Source: Lama guanicoe
Lineage: Eukaryota
Assembly: GCA_013239625.1 (NCBI GenBank)
Contig: MU056050.1
Coordinates: 6,085,366 to 6,149,365, forward strand
Length of the DNA stretch: 64,000 nt
Reading direction: 5' to 3'
This document shows, piece by piece, positions 1 to 12,246 of the stretch. Position 1 is the stretch's first letter, and each line of letters starts with the position of its first letter. Both the position numbers and the translations under genes were made by a program. The notes below the pieces were generated by a model. The model made no database searches. It was not told the origin of the DNA and saw only the letters and a list, made by a program, of their open reading frames with translations.

Positions 1-51
1 AAATATCTGAACTGCATAATATTTTAACATAAAGTGTTTTGCTTTCAGGCA

Positions 52-285
52 AGGGGCAGTAGAGTGTAGCTGTTAAGAACATAGACTCTAGAGACTAGAA
101 GAATCAGAGCTTTTTTCATAGTTAAGTTCTTTATGGGAATGAGTTCTATTTTATATGCAAATTAGTGTTTCTATTTGACAATTCGATTTTATAAATTGTG
201 ATAGGACTTTGCCTCTTGGAGTCAGTTTTCCCATCTGTAACATGGAGATTGTGATAGTGCCAACATCTCTGGAGTTTAAGATTTT
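52..285 (+). mobile_element. MIR SINE, degraded
   Basis: gttaagaacatagactctagag head and core agtcagttttcccatctgtaacatggagattgtgatagtgcc. Confidence 0.55.
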
Positions 286-519
286 TAAAAAATCTATGTA
301 CTTGAAAACATTTTGTCTGTTTTCAAAATGCACAGGTATATATTTATGATTGTATACTACTAAGGAAGCAGCTTGATGAAATGATATCTAGTTTCATTTT
401 CAACTCCCAAATTCTACAGCACCAACTCCGTATCATCTGACACATCGATACTTCCGTAAGGAGGCAGTCCATTTATCTCAGGCCAGTGGAAATGCCTTTC
501 TGGGAAGAGTCCGTTTTGG

Positions 520-690
520 TCCTAGTTGCTTGTATTAGCTGTGAGACCTCGGGCAAGTCACTTAACCACTCTGAATTTCAGCTTTCTCAAATGTAGAAAG
601 AAAATATACCAATAGCTATTTAATAGACATTTTCTAGAGCTTTTAAAGAGTGAAAGTATATAGCGTAATCCTGGCATATGTTAGCTAAGT
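520..690 (+). mobile_element. MIR SINE
   Basis: core tagctgtgagacctcgggcaagtcacttaaccactctgaatttcagctttctc. Confidence 0.75.
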
Positions 691-2089
691 TACTGCTAAT
701 CTAACCAAGTATGTCTAAGTAGAGTCACTTAGGAGACCACCTTTGATTAACGTCCTGCCTTAATAAGTTGACATATTTAATTGGCACACTAATATTTTTC
801 ATAAATGAGTATTTCTAAAGTGCTTGAAATTCCATCTTGTTAACATTATTCTTCATTTGTTTTCTTTACAAATAGTATTGAAAAAAAACACCTTCATGCA
901 GCCAATAATCTTAGTATCACCACAAACACCAATTAACAAGATTTTGCCATATTTTGATTTTTCAAAGTACGTCTGGGCTTTGAAACAAAAAAACACAAAC
1001 AAAAAGCATTCATTTCATAGTTCCTTGCTCAAATGCAAACAAGCATTGTCTTGAAAGGGGTTCAGGGGCTGCAGGTGAAAACTTGACATTCAGCCAAGTC
1101 TTAATTCAGAGTCAATAAAGTAATACTCCGATGCCTAGGCAGATGTGTAAATTTTCTCCACATGATAAATAAGCAGGCTGTGATTTCTATCAAATCAATC
1201 TTAGCTTGAGTCAGTCCTTCTCTAATCAATAAATCTGGATGTGCACTGAAATATGAAGTCAATATATGCAGCGTTACATTCACTTCAAACTCCTTCATCA
1301 AAAGTACCTAGCAATTTTTCTATTATTGCCATAAATTCAAAATACCAGGCTTATTTCATTTTCTTTTAACTACCACTTTAAAAGGACAATACGTTTCTGG
1401 GTCTTGAAAAAGCTCTTACTTGGATCTGGTTAAAAATCCACATAGATTGTCTGAGCCAATCAACGCAGTAGCTACAGTACACTGGAATGCCCTATAAAGC
1501 AGAATTGAGTATGAGGCAGTATTAGTGAAAATGGAGGTGTTTGAAAGTTATTGCTAAGATATTTGGAGTTTTTATTAGCAATTCTAAGAAATTGGAGGCT
1601 CTAGGGGAATGTGTGTATCACACAAAAGATATCCGCCATATTCTGGCCGAGGTGATGGGCCTTTCACTGCTTCCCTTAACAATATTCCTTTTCATCTTAT
1701 GTGTGTTTACAACAGAGCCAGCCTCATCGAAGCCTTCCAATCCTGGCAATGCAATAAGGAAGTTCGTGCAACTTCCTCAGAATTTTAAGATTGCTGGAAG
1801 ACCCCAACCTGCTCATTCCTTCTCTGTGCTCCAAAGAACTGGAGTCAGCCCTCTGCTTCCTTCTAGACTTGTTTCCTTTTAGTAACTGCTACTGACACTC
1901 TTTACTAATGGCTGTAGGATATTTTGGAGATCAGTTCTTACCATCACCCCACATCACCACGTCAAAGCTATGTGTGACCAGGATCGGTGTCTATTTCAAG
2001 GTTATCCAACTCAGAAGGGGTTGTCATTTTGAACTGTTTATTCCATTGTCAAGAGATGCATTTTGACTGTTGCACAAGACTCCTAGTTC

Positions 2090-2772
2090 CAGGGTTCTTA
2101 TACTGGGGTCCATGAATAGAGTTAAGAAGCTCTGTGAATTTGGATGGGAAAAAGTTAAATATGTATTTTCACTAACGTCTAAGTATAACCTAGCCTTTCC
2201 TTCAACTACAAATGTACAAATCATAGTTAATATTAGCAGTAACTGTGAGTTTGTTAGCAATAAAAAATTCACATTTTCTACCACATTACAGGTGTTGTAG
2301 ATATCTCGAAATATCATTTATGCTCGTTGCTACTTCAAAATCATGACAATTATTAGACCCATCAGTAGATCTTATAATTCGGTAAGTTATGCCTGCTGTC
2401 TGCTTTTGTAAATAAAATATTACTTGGAAGACAGCCATGTTAATTCATATACCTATTGTTTGTGGCTCCTTTCCTGCTACAAATGGCAGAGTTGAGTGCT
2501 TTCAACAGACTATATGGCCCACAAAGTCTAAACTATTTATTATCTAGTCATTTATGGAAAAAAGTTTACCAACCCCTGATTTCATACCTTAATATGCAGG
2601 CACATTTACTCTTACTACATTATAATTTAAAAATAATTATTATAACTGTCTTTTAAAATAACTCATCTCCTTTTAAATCCCATGGATTCTATGGTATTCA
2701 TGTAAAAGCATTGTCTTGAGAAAAGTTCCATAAGACTTCACCACACTAACAAGAAAAGCTTACGAATGCCTG
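2090..2772. mobile_element. hAT-Charlie non-autonomous DNA transposon (MER113-like), interrupted by MER58A
   Basis: begins cagggttctta, ends tacgaatgcctg; internal ttggatgggaaaaag...gatatctcgaaatatcatttatgctc matches recalled consensus. Confidence 0.6.
2385..2578. mobile_element. MER58A hAT-Charlie MITE (one end missing)
   Basis: tttgtaaataaaatattacttggaagacagcca...ggcccacaaagtctaaa...aaagtttaccaacccctg. Confidence 0.85.
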
Positions 2773-3394
2773 GCTACCTTGAGAATGAGTCTCAAGTTCT
2801 GTGACTGTGCATGGAGACTTCGTTTGTGGGTATCTTTTTGCCCTCAGCAAATAGGTTTAACTACCTAACTGTGGACTTTCTTCTGCTCTTCATTTGACTT
2901 GGCTGCTTTATGGCCTTAACCTCGTTTTATTGTGTGTTGCTTTATTAACTAATTTATTCATTCAATAGTTTATTTATTGAATAGGCGCCAGACACTGAGG
3001 ATGCATCAATAAGCAAAACCTCAGAATGCCTGCCCTCACAGCGCTTACATTCTAGCTGAGGGAGATATGCAAGGAAATAAGTAAAACAACACTATGTAAG
3101 ATGATGATGCATGCTATAGATGAAAATAAAAGAGGAAATATAAATGTACTTTTCAATGGAAAACCAGAGATGGCCTCACTGAGAAGGCAGCACTTGAGTG
3201 AGGACCTAAAAGAAGGTGAGGGAGTGAGCCATGCTGGGCACTGGGGACAGGCACACTGGGCAGAGGAAACAGCTAGTGCAAGGACCCCAAGGGAAGGGTG
3301 ACCAGTGGGTCTCCTTCCAGCAAGGAGACCAATGAGACTGGAAGAGTAAGTCAGATAGTGAGGAGGGGAATGTAAGATCAAGAGGTAATGAGGC

Positions 3395-3596
3395 CAGAGA
3401 TTCTCAACAATCCCTGGGCCTCAGAATCCCCTGGGGAACTTTAAAAAAAAACAACTGCAGATACCTAGACCACACCACATACTATCCTTCCTGGAGATGT
3501 GGCTTCAATTTATTTGGGGGCAGTGTACAGATACTGGTATTTTTTTAAAAGTTTTCCAGGTGATTCAAATGTGTAATAATGGTTAAAAACCACTGG
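3395..3596. mobile_element. MER5-family hAT MITE
   Basis: cagagattctcaac...tcagaatcccctggggaac...ccaggtgattc...ggttaaaaaccactg. Confidence 0.75.
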
Positions 3597-3776
3597 GTCA
3601 GGGCCATGGACCATTGTACAGACATTCTCTTTTGCTTAAAGGAGCCATTGGTGGGTTTTGATAAGAAAAATTACTTGATCTGACTTACGTTTTAACAGGA
3701 TCACTCAGGCTGCTCAAGGTGGGAGGGTTAAGGGTGGAATCAGGTAGACTAGTTAAGAGGCTACTGCTATAATCCC

Positions 3777-4313
3777 TCCAATGTTCATAGCAGGAATTGT
3801 TACAGTAGCCAAGACATGAAAGCAACCTAAATGTCCATTGGCAGATGACTCGATAAAGAAGTTGTGGCATGTATATACACAATGGAATACTATTCAGCCA
3901 CGAAAAAGAATAGAATAATTCCATTTGCAGCAACATGGATGGACCTGGAGATTATCATACTAAGTGAAGTAAATCAAACAAAGACAAATATATGATATCA
4001 CCTATATATGGAATCTAAAAAGTGAACTTATTTATAAAACAGAAACAGACTCACAGACATAGAAAACAAACTTATAGTTATCATGAGGGAATGGGAGAGG
4101 GGATAAATTAGGAGCCTGAGATTTAGAGATACAAACTACTATATATAAAATAGGTAAACAGCAAGGTATACCTACAGTATAGCACAGGGAACTATATTCA
4201 GTTCCGTGTAGTAACCTGTAATGAAAAAGAATATATATAAATATATATATGCATAACTGAATCACTTTGCTGTACACTTGTATGTCAACTATACTTCAAT
4301 AAAAAATGAAAAA
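3777..4313 (+). mobile_element. L1 3' end (cetartiodactyl type), 5'-truncated
   Basis: ORF2 C-terminal aatgttcatagcag...gcaacatggatggacctggagatt, 3'UTR, cttcaataaaaaa tail. Confidence 0.95.
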
Positions 4314-4924
4314 AGTCATTCAACTAGGGGAAACAGGGGGGCAATTGCAATAATCCAAGCACGTCATAGTGATTGCAGTAAAAGGAATTAAAAAGTGGTT
4401 AGATTCTAATTCTATTTTTAAGGATAAACAACTTAAGATGGCTTTTAGACTGAGACTAGGGGATGAGAAAAAGGAAAGAGTCAAAGATGATGCCAAGGTT
4501 TGGGGCCTAAGCAACTGGAAGAATGAATGGCCATTAATTGAAATGGGCCAGGTAATGGGAGGATCAGACTGTGAGGAAAATATCAGCAGTTCGGTTTTGT
4601 TAAGTTTCAGATTCTTATTAGATATACAAGAGATGATACAAAGAGGCAGTTGGACTTGCAAATCTGGAGTTTAGAAGATAAATCTTGACTGCAGATATAA
4701 ATTTGGGATTCAACAGCATGTACATGGTATTTAAGACCACAAGACAGGATGATGACACTGAGGGAGTGACTGTGGATAGAAGTGAGAAGCCGTCCAGGGC
4801 TCTGGCATTAAGAAGTCGGGGAGAGAAGGAAGGACCAGCAGAAGAAAACAGGAGCAGCCTGAGAGATAAGAAGAAAACCACGTGTGATGCCCAGAAGAAA
4901 GGGAAGGATCCACTATATGAAATA

Positions 4925-5122
4925 TGATTGATCTTTGAACAGCACAGGGGTAAGGGGCACCAACCCTCTGCATCATCAAAAATCCAGTATAATTTTACAG
5001 TTGGCTCTCCATATCTGCAGCTCTGCGGCCCGTGTAGTACTGCAGTCTTTGTATTTAGTGAAAAAAATCTGCGTATGAGTGGACCTGCATAGTTCAAACC
5101 CATGTTGTTCAATGGTCAACTG
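4925..5122. mobile_element. Tigger2a-like TcMar MITE
   Basis: degenerate TIRs tgattgatctttgaaca / tgttgttcaatggtcaactg with TA flanks. Confidence 0.8.
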
Positions 5123-5154
5123 TATATTCCTCTCTTAACAAAACACTACTTAAG

Positions 5155-5301
5155 CCCAGGAAAGTGTATTCAATATCTCACATAACCTATAATGAAAAAG
5201 AACATGAAAAGGAATATAGACACATATAACTGAATCACTACACTGTACACCAGAAATTTACACATTGTAAACCAACTATACTTCATAAAATTTAAAAAAA
5301 A
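5155..5301 (+). mobile_element. short L1 3' end
   Basis: 3'UTR plus A tail; TSD cactacttaag at 5144-5154 and 5306-5316. Confidence 0.9.
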
Positions 5302-5329
5302 TCAGCACTACTTAAGACTTCTTTTTCTT

Positions 5330-5489
5330 AAACAACAAGGTCCTACTGTATAGCATGGGGAGCTACATTCAATAGCTTGTAATAACCTATAATGAAAAAG
5401 AATATACATAAATGTATAACTAAACAACTACACTGCACACCAAAAACTAATACAACACTGTAAATCAATTATATTTCAATTTAAAAAAA
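5330..5489 (+). mobile_element. short L1 3' end
   Basis: aacaacaaggtcctactgtatagca...tttcaatttaaaaaaa; aagactt on both sides as probable TSD. Confidence 0.9.
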
Positions 5490-5699
5490 GACTTTTAAAA
5501 AATAAATCTTCCTGATCAAGTATCCTCCACCCCATCCCAACCCCAGGTGCAGTAACTCTGCTCATTCAGCCAATCTCTTGGCACTTAATGGATACATGTC
5601 CATATGGTCATGTTGGCATTTGCTCCTGTTTTCTCTTTTTATATGTCATTTCTGTACATTCCTACAAGGTCTCTCTTTCCCCAAAGGGGAAATACTAAC

Positions 5700-5945
5700 T
5701 ATAGAGGTTAAGAGCTCAGACTTTCAAGCCAAACTATCTTAACTTGTATCCCAGCTTTGTCAATTGTAACTAACTTTAGACCATGTTACTTAACCTCTGT
5801 ATCTCACTTTTCCTGTTTGTAAAATAAAGATAATAGTATTACCTACCCACAGGTCATTGAAAGAATTCAGTTAATGTACAAAAAATGCTTAGAATAGTAC
5901 CTGGCTCACAATAAATTCATGACATATTTTTGCTTCTATTATTAT
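5700..5945 (+). mobile_element. MIR SINE, near full length
   Basis: ggttaagagctcagact...ttacttaacctctgtatctcacttttcctgtttgtaaaat...gcttagaatagtacctggc. Confidence 0.85.
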
Positions 5946-6389
5946 TCCTACAAGCCATAAACTGTGTCTTCCAAACATTTGGCAGCACCACCTACCCAGC
6001 ATCACCATGACCAAAACACCATAACACCTCCACCCTCTTCTCTAAATCAGAGCTTTATATTCAAGCACATTTTGGTATAGTATTTCTATGTTTCCTAGTC
6101 ACCAGCCTGCCCACTGGGATCATGTGTACAAAATGTAACAAAAGCCCTCTTTATCTCCAAGTGAACTAAAAGAAGTCTATCAATGGACCATTTATTCTTA
6201 TCACAGTTGTGCAACTATATCTAAAACAATTTTAAATAAACAAGAATGGCTATGTTTATATGCCCAAAATTGTTTTACTGATATTAGTGTTTGTCAGTTG
6301 AATTTATTAAAACAAGATTTCATTTTTTATCCTTCTCCCCTTCCTTTCTGTGGAGGATAAGACGGAATCTATATAACTAACCTCTATTT

Positions 6390-6630
6390 ACCCTTCAGAT
6401 CCTACGTTAGACGGCACTTACTCACTCCAGGGAGCCTTTATCCCCTGCTATGTGATCCCTAAGGCCCTCTGTGCTCGGTTCATCTTGACACCAATCACAC
6501 TGTATTAGAATCACCTAGTTATTTGACCACCTTCCCACTCCATGAGCATAAGTATTGTGTCAATCTCATCCTCTAGTGACTATTACAACATTTAACACAT
6601 AGTAGGTCCACAACCAATATTTGTTTATTT
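6390..6630 (+). mobile_element. L2 3' fragment
   Basis: ccagggagcctt...acacatagtaggtcc...aatatttgttt. Confidence 0.6.
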
Positions 6631-6914
6631 CTTATTATAGCTGTGTTATTCTCAGTAGTCAGTTTGGTAGGATTTTTCCCTTTTCAACCAGGACCTTTAG
6701 TGTTATATAGGTAGACTCACAGTCCAAAATAAAATGTGATGATACCAGGGGAACCTTATGTATTATCAGATTAGAAAGCTCTATCTACAGTGGGATTTGA
6801 AGGAAAATTAGAATGCTCCTATACAAATATCTTCCCTACCAGACCATCTACTTCAAGACTATAGATTGCCACAGGTTCACAGATTATAGGATGATAGCAA
6901 AAAAGAGAACACGC

Positions 6915-7135
6915 AACATTCATTGAACGCCTACTATGTGGCGTGCATGTTATATGTGCTATGTCCTTTAATCTTCACAAGACTCCACGATATGCATATG
7001 ACTACTCACATTTTACAGACGAGGAAACAAAGTCATAGAGCTTGAATGACTTGCCCAGGATACACAGAGAATAAAGAGCCAGGGTTTCAACACAGGTCAG
7101 CCTGACTCCAATTTATATGCTTCCTATTATTCCAC
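6915..7135 (-). mobile_element. MIR SINE
   Basis: cattcattgaacgcctactatgtg...cattttacagacgaggaaac...gacttgcccagga. Confidence 0.85.
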
Positions 7136-7271
7136 ATCAATACCCAGGAGACAGATAGTAGACAATTAAGTAAGGATGGAAGCAAAACACAACAAATAGC
7201 CCGTGAGGTGGCTCTCCACGTGGAGTTCATGGGCAAAAATGGTTTTAGGGCTGAGCAGTCTAATTACGTAC

Positions 7272-8217
7272 TGTGGTGAGCAGAAGAATGCCCCCCAAAA
7301 GGTGTCCACGTCATAATCTCTAGGACCTGTGAGTATATCTGACTTGGAAAAAGGGATTTTGCTGATGTGATTAAGGTTCAGGAATTTGAGATGGGGAGAT
7401 TCTCTTGGATTACCCCAGAGGGCTCTGTGTTACCAGATGGGGCCTGTGTTAGTTTCCTGTGGCTGCTGTAACAAATTACCACAACTGGTGGCTTAACGGG
7501 AGTTAATTTTCTTACAGGTATGGAGGCTAGATGTCTGACATCAAAGTTTCAACTGGGACACACTCGTTCTGGAGGCCCTGGGGAGAATCATTCCTCCTTT
7601 TCCAGCTTCTGGTGGCTCCAGGTGTCCCTTGACTTGCAGTTGCATTACTCCAACCTCTGCCCCTGTAATCACATTGCCTTCTCTTCTCTGTGTCTTTTGT
7701 CTGCCTCAAATTTCCCTCTGCCTTTGTCTTCTAAAGACACTTGTCATTAGATTTAGAGCCCAGCCAGATAATCCAGGATGAACTTTTGTCTCCAGATCTT
7801 TAATTATATCTTCAAAGAACCAATTTGCATTCACAGGTTCTGGAAATTAGGAGGTAGACATATATTTTGGGGGGGTCAAAGTTCAACCCACAGGCCCTTA
7901 ACCATGAAGAACCTTTTCTGGCTCCAATCAGGGAGAGATGTGACTACAGAAGAATGGTCAAATAGAGGCATTGTTCCTGGCTTTCAAGATTGTAGCACAG
8001 GACCACAAGCCAAGGAATGAAAGTGGTCTCTAGAAACTGAAAAAGGCAGGGAAACATTTTCCCTGAGAGCCTCCAGAAAAAAATATGCAGCCTTACCAAC
8101 ACCTTTGGTTTGAGCCCAGTGAAACCGATTTGGGGCTTCAGACCCACTGTAAGATATGCATTTGTGTTGTTTTAAGCCACTAAGTTTGTGGGAATTTGTC
8201 ATAGCAGTGCTAGAAAA
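7272..8217 (+). mobile_element. MaLR LTR (MLT1D-like), split by a second MLT1
   Basis: tgtggtgagcagaagaatgcccccc start; ttttaagccactaagtttgtgggaatttg end. Confidence 0.85.
7445..7892 (-). mobile_element. MaLR LTR (MLT1B/C-like), nested
   Basis: tgtgttagtttcctgtggctgctgtaacaaattaccaca...gttcaacccaca; TG...CA ends, 5-bp flanks gggcc/ggccc. Confidence 0.85.
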
Positions 8218-8679
8218 ATTTCTGCCAGTATTAAGGAACATTAGAGCAAATGTTTGGATCAGAACAAGTGTGGAAGCCAGAATCAAGAGGGCAGATGGTG
8301 GAACAGAAGATGTAAACGCCACAAGGCAGAGCAGGGCAGGTGGCAAGAACGAGGAAAGCCATGGAGGGAGATCAGGACAAAGACAGTAGAAGAATTGCTC
8401 TGCATTACTAATATGCAGACACATCCTTGACAGTGGAGTGTCAGGCCAAGGGGCTGAGCCTAACGTAGGGAGCCCAGACCTTGTAGAGGGAACAGAGTTG
8501 GAAGCATGCTGTCTAGTTAGAACCCCTGTGGCAGGAGAGAGTGGCATCATCTGGCAAGCATATCCACAGAGAGCTGTCTGCAAGTTTCACAGGACTCACT
8601 CTTTAGGTTAAGGCATTGAAGGTCCTCCTTAAAGTTCAAGTTCCATACTAGCATCACCTATGTAATACCAGAACTTGTT

Positions 8680-8994
8680 CTTTTTTGAAATGAAGTACAC
8701 TCAGTTACAATGTGTCACTTTTTGGTGTACAGCATGTTTCAGTCATACATACACATACATATATTCCTTTTCATGTTCTTTTTCATTATAGGTTACTACA
8801 AGATATTGAATATAGTTTCCTGTGCTATACAGTAGAAACTTGTTGTTTATCTATTTTATATATAGTAGTTAATATTTGCAAATCTCAAACTCCCAATTTA
8901 TCCCTTCCCACCCCATTTTCCCCCATTAACCATAAGATTGTTTACTATGTCTGTGAATCTGTTTCTGTTTTATAGATGAGTTCATTAGATAACA
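8680..8994 (-). mobile_element. L1 3' end
   Basis: antisense 3'UTR; TSD cagaacttgtt at 8669-8679 and 8995-9005. Confidence 0.92.
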
Positions 8995-9109
8995 CAGAAC
9001 TTGTTAAAAAGATTTCCTAGTCAGTCATTTAATAGGGTCTTGAGAGAAAGGCTCCAAGACTGATAAGTAAAGCAGATAAGAAATAACTAGGAAATTGTTT
9101 ACCATATAG

Positions 9110-9197
9110 AGTGTGAGTCCAGGACAAGGACTGAGCCTGGCCCGTGGTATGAACACAATTGTCTGTTGAATGGATGAATGAATACATGAATGAATGA
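9110..9197 (+). mobile_element. L2 3' tail
   Basis: gcctggc...tgttgaatggatgaatgaat repeats. Confidence 0.6.
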
Positions 9198-9384
9198 AAA
9201 CTCTGAAGACTCAGAAGTTTGTAGGACGTGAGGATTTAAAGAAAGAAGGATGCACAAAAATGACACTGGGACTCCAAAGGCAATCTTGGCCTATATAACC
9301 ACTGTCCTGAAAGCTGGTCATGAACAATACTTCCCTGTGACTGAGTTGTGTGTCTTTTTATAGCATGTATCTCTTTTCATAGAT

Positions 9385-10810
9385 AATTTTATCATTTCTA
9401 ATTCCTAATTTCAAAAGTAATATATCTCGAATGAAAGGGAAAAAATGCATGTAATCTCATCACCCCAAGACAACTATTTTGGAGCATTTACTTCTAGTCT
9501 TGTCTTTGTAACTCTGCCTCGTTTGTGTCTCATTATCTGTGTGTGTGTGTGTGTGCGCACGCATGTGTAGTATTTAAAAACATGTTATCTTACTCTATTT
9601 ACTGTTTAATAAATTGTTTTGATTTTTTTTAAGCACAGCACATATTGTGGTTGCTTTTCTAGGTCAATAAATATTCTGTTACACGATTTTTTTAAATTGA
9701 AGTATAGTCAGTTACAATGTGTCAATTTCTGGTGTAAGGCATAATAGTTCAGTCATATATATACAGACAAATATTCATTTTCATATTGTTTTTCATTATA
9801 GGTTACCATAAGATATTGAATAAGGTTCCCTGTGCTATACAGTAGAAACTTGTTATATATAGTAGTTAGTATCTGCAGATTTCAAACTCCTAATTTATCC
9901 CTTCCCACCCCCTTCTCCCCTTGGTAACTATAAGTTTGTTTTCTATATGACATGGTTTTATATAACTACATAATATTTCAACCTATGAGCGTACATAAGT
10001 TATTTAACGAATCTCCTATTGTCTTTTTCTTATAATTTTCTACCATTAAAAACAGTAAACATTTTTCTAATGACTGCTTTCCACACATCTCTAATTATTT
10101 CCTTAAGGTAACTTCCTACAAGTAGAGTTGTATCACTTATGGATTTAGGTATATATTGTCATGTTACCCCACAAAGATATTTACCTATTTATATTCTGAT
10201 TTCAGTATATGAAATTTCAGTTTCCTCAAACCTTTGTCAACACAAGTTATTATCAACTTTATAATTTGCCAATGTGATGGATGGCTTTAGTTTGTATCTG
10301 TTTGATTGCTAACGGAGGTAAATATTTCTTCATTTATTTATTGGTCATTTTTTGCTTCTTCCTTTGTGAATTACCTTTTATGTCCTTTGTCCACTTTCCT
10401 ATTTATGTTTTCATCTTTTAAAAATTAACTTGTAAGAATTGTTTAAGTAAGCCAACTATACTTAATATCTACTGAAAACATTTTCCCATTTGTTGTTTTC
10501 CTTTAATTTTTGTTTATTATGGATTTTTGATCTACAAATGGGGCTTCATATGTTTGTGTTTTTTTGGTAGCATTAACTCAAGTTCTCAGTCTTTTCCTTC
10601 CTGATTTTATGACTTTGCTGCTATGCTTAGAAAGATATGCTACTATAAGAATACAGAAATACAATAAATACCTATATTTTCTTTTTGTTACTTTATAGTT
10701 TTCTTCTCACATTTTGATTTTTAAACCATCTAGCAAGTTTTTATTGAATGGTACAAGGTAAGGAAGGGTCTGATTTTAATTCATTCTTAGTAGATAGCCA
10801 TTTATGGGAT
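9385..10810 (-). mobile_element. ancient L1 (L1ME-like) fragment
   Basis: antisense ORF2 motifs ttggtcatttttt...tcctttgtgaattacctttta tgtcctttgtccac; highly diverged. Confidence 0.7.
9688..9949 (-). mobile_element. younger L1 3' end nested in old L1
   Basis: tttttaaattgaagtatagtcagttacaatg...; degenerate TSD acacgatttt/acatggtttt. Confidence 0.9.
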
Positions 10811-11640
10811 AATGAATTTTCACCAGAAATTCACTGAAATAAATCCAGGAAAAGGTGTACTGACTCTCAAACTAGTGAAAAATTGTTTCAAAACCTATGT
10901 TTTCCATACTGGACCTTAGGTCTCAGCAGGTAACGAATTCTGATGTGCAAACACAACACAGCACGCCAGCGTTTGCAGATGTACCCACGAGCCAACAAAA
11001 TAGCAAAGCTCCTTTGCAAGCTAAAGGTCAACTTCCTAGTGTGAAGCCTCCAGTTACAAACTCACATTCATTCTCAAATCACCGTAACACAGAGAAAACA
11101 GACATATTTACTTTTCACACGATTCAAGGATGAATTGTGCTCTGAAACCAAGACAACAACCAAATCTCTCTTCAACAAGCTGAAGCACATTCCACACTGG
11201 TCTCCGGATGAAAGGCCCTCTGGTAAACTTGATGAGAGCAACAAGAAAAGAGGGATTTTCAGATTAGAAGAAAATTCTTCTATTTCACTACAGGCAATGT
11301 CCTGTGGACCTAAATACTCTTGGCTCTGAGTTATATTTTTTATAAGATGTTACCAAGGCAAATGCTCAGGGAAATAGCAGCTGGAGCCATTTGAGGGTTA
11401 CTAATTACAGGGCATCACAGGCACAATTTATAATCCTACTTGACAGATGTGACCCATTACATTAAGCGTTGTTGGCATGCTCTGCAAGCCAGATGTAGGC
11501 TGGGAAGAGGTTGGTCTTTGAGTAACAGCTTTCCAGCAAGCTTCTCCATTACAAACAACTGCTCACATGATACAATACGAAGATTTTTTTTTAAGAACAA
11601 CTGGTTTTAAAAGATCTCACTCCACTCCATGCAGTAATGC

Positions 11641-12246
11641 TGTTTTCAAACCCAAGTTCATGTGCCTGATGCACAGTGAGGCCAAATTGAAACAGTGCAG
11701 TCTGGATTAGAGAAAGGTTTATCGTGAGGGCTGAGCAAGGAGAATGGGCAGCTCGTGCTCAAAAAGCCCAAATTCCTTGATGGTGTTGGGGGAAGAGTTT
11801 TTCTAGGCAAAATTTGCCAGGAGGGCTGCAGGATATGTAACCCTCCTCTGATTGGTTGGTGGTGAGATTCCAGGAATGTCAATCATCAGCCTTCTAGTTC
11901 CAGCCAGTCTGGGGTCCACCTGCTTGCGCTCAGCCTGAAGTTATCATCCTCCACCTGGGAGGGGAGTCTTAGTTCCTTTCAAAGAACTCAGAGATCTGTA
12001 TCAGATTGTTATTTATATTTCTTGAGGAGGAACCAGGATCCTGCCCCATCACTGCATTATTGTTTCTTGACTGTCTCTCCTTTATTTCTGCAATTCCCTC
12101 CGTCCCCTAATTAGTAATGTTTGAATCTGCCCTTTGGAACTTAGGGAAGGTCTAGGAGGCTGAAACCTTTTTCCTACCAATAAGAAATGAGGGACAGGAA
12201 AGACTTTTGTACTTGGAAGGGCCCCACAGGGTTCTGCTCAGTTTCA
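11641..12246 (-). mobile_element. ERV1-class solo LTR (possibly MER41-related artiodactyl family)
   Basis: TG...CA termini; minus strand starts tgaaactgagcagaaccctgtggggccc; CCAAT box and gataaa poly(A)-like signal near the LTR 3' end; family name tentative. Confidence 0.75.

Larger units (their letters stand above)
2950..4915 (-). mobile_element. L2 LINE, long 3' fragment split by MER5 and L1 insertions
   Basis: attcattcaa tail; antisense L2 motifs such as atctgacttacgttttaacaggatcactcaggctgct and gagtcaaagatgatgccaaggtttggggcctaagcaactgg. Confidence 0.85.

Noticed and set aside
7984..8583. 199-aa minus-strand ORF
   Set aside because: Runs into an MLT1 LTR; no domain recognised.
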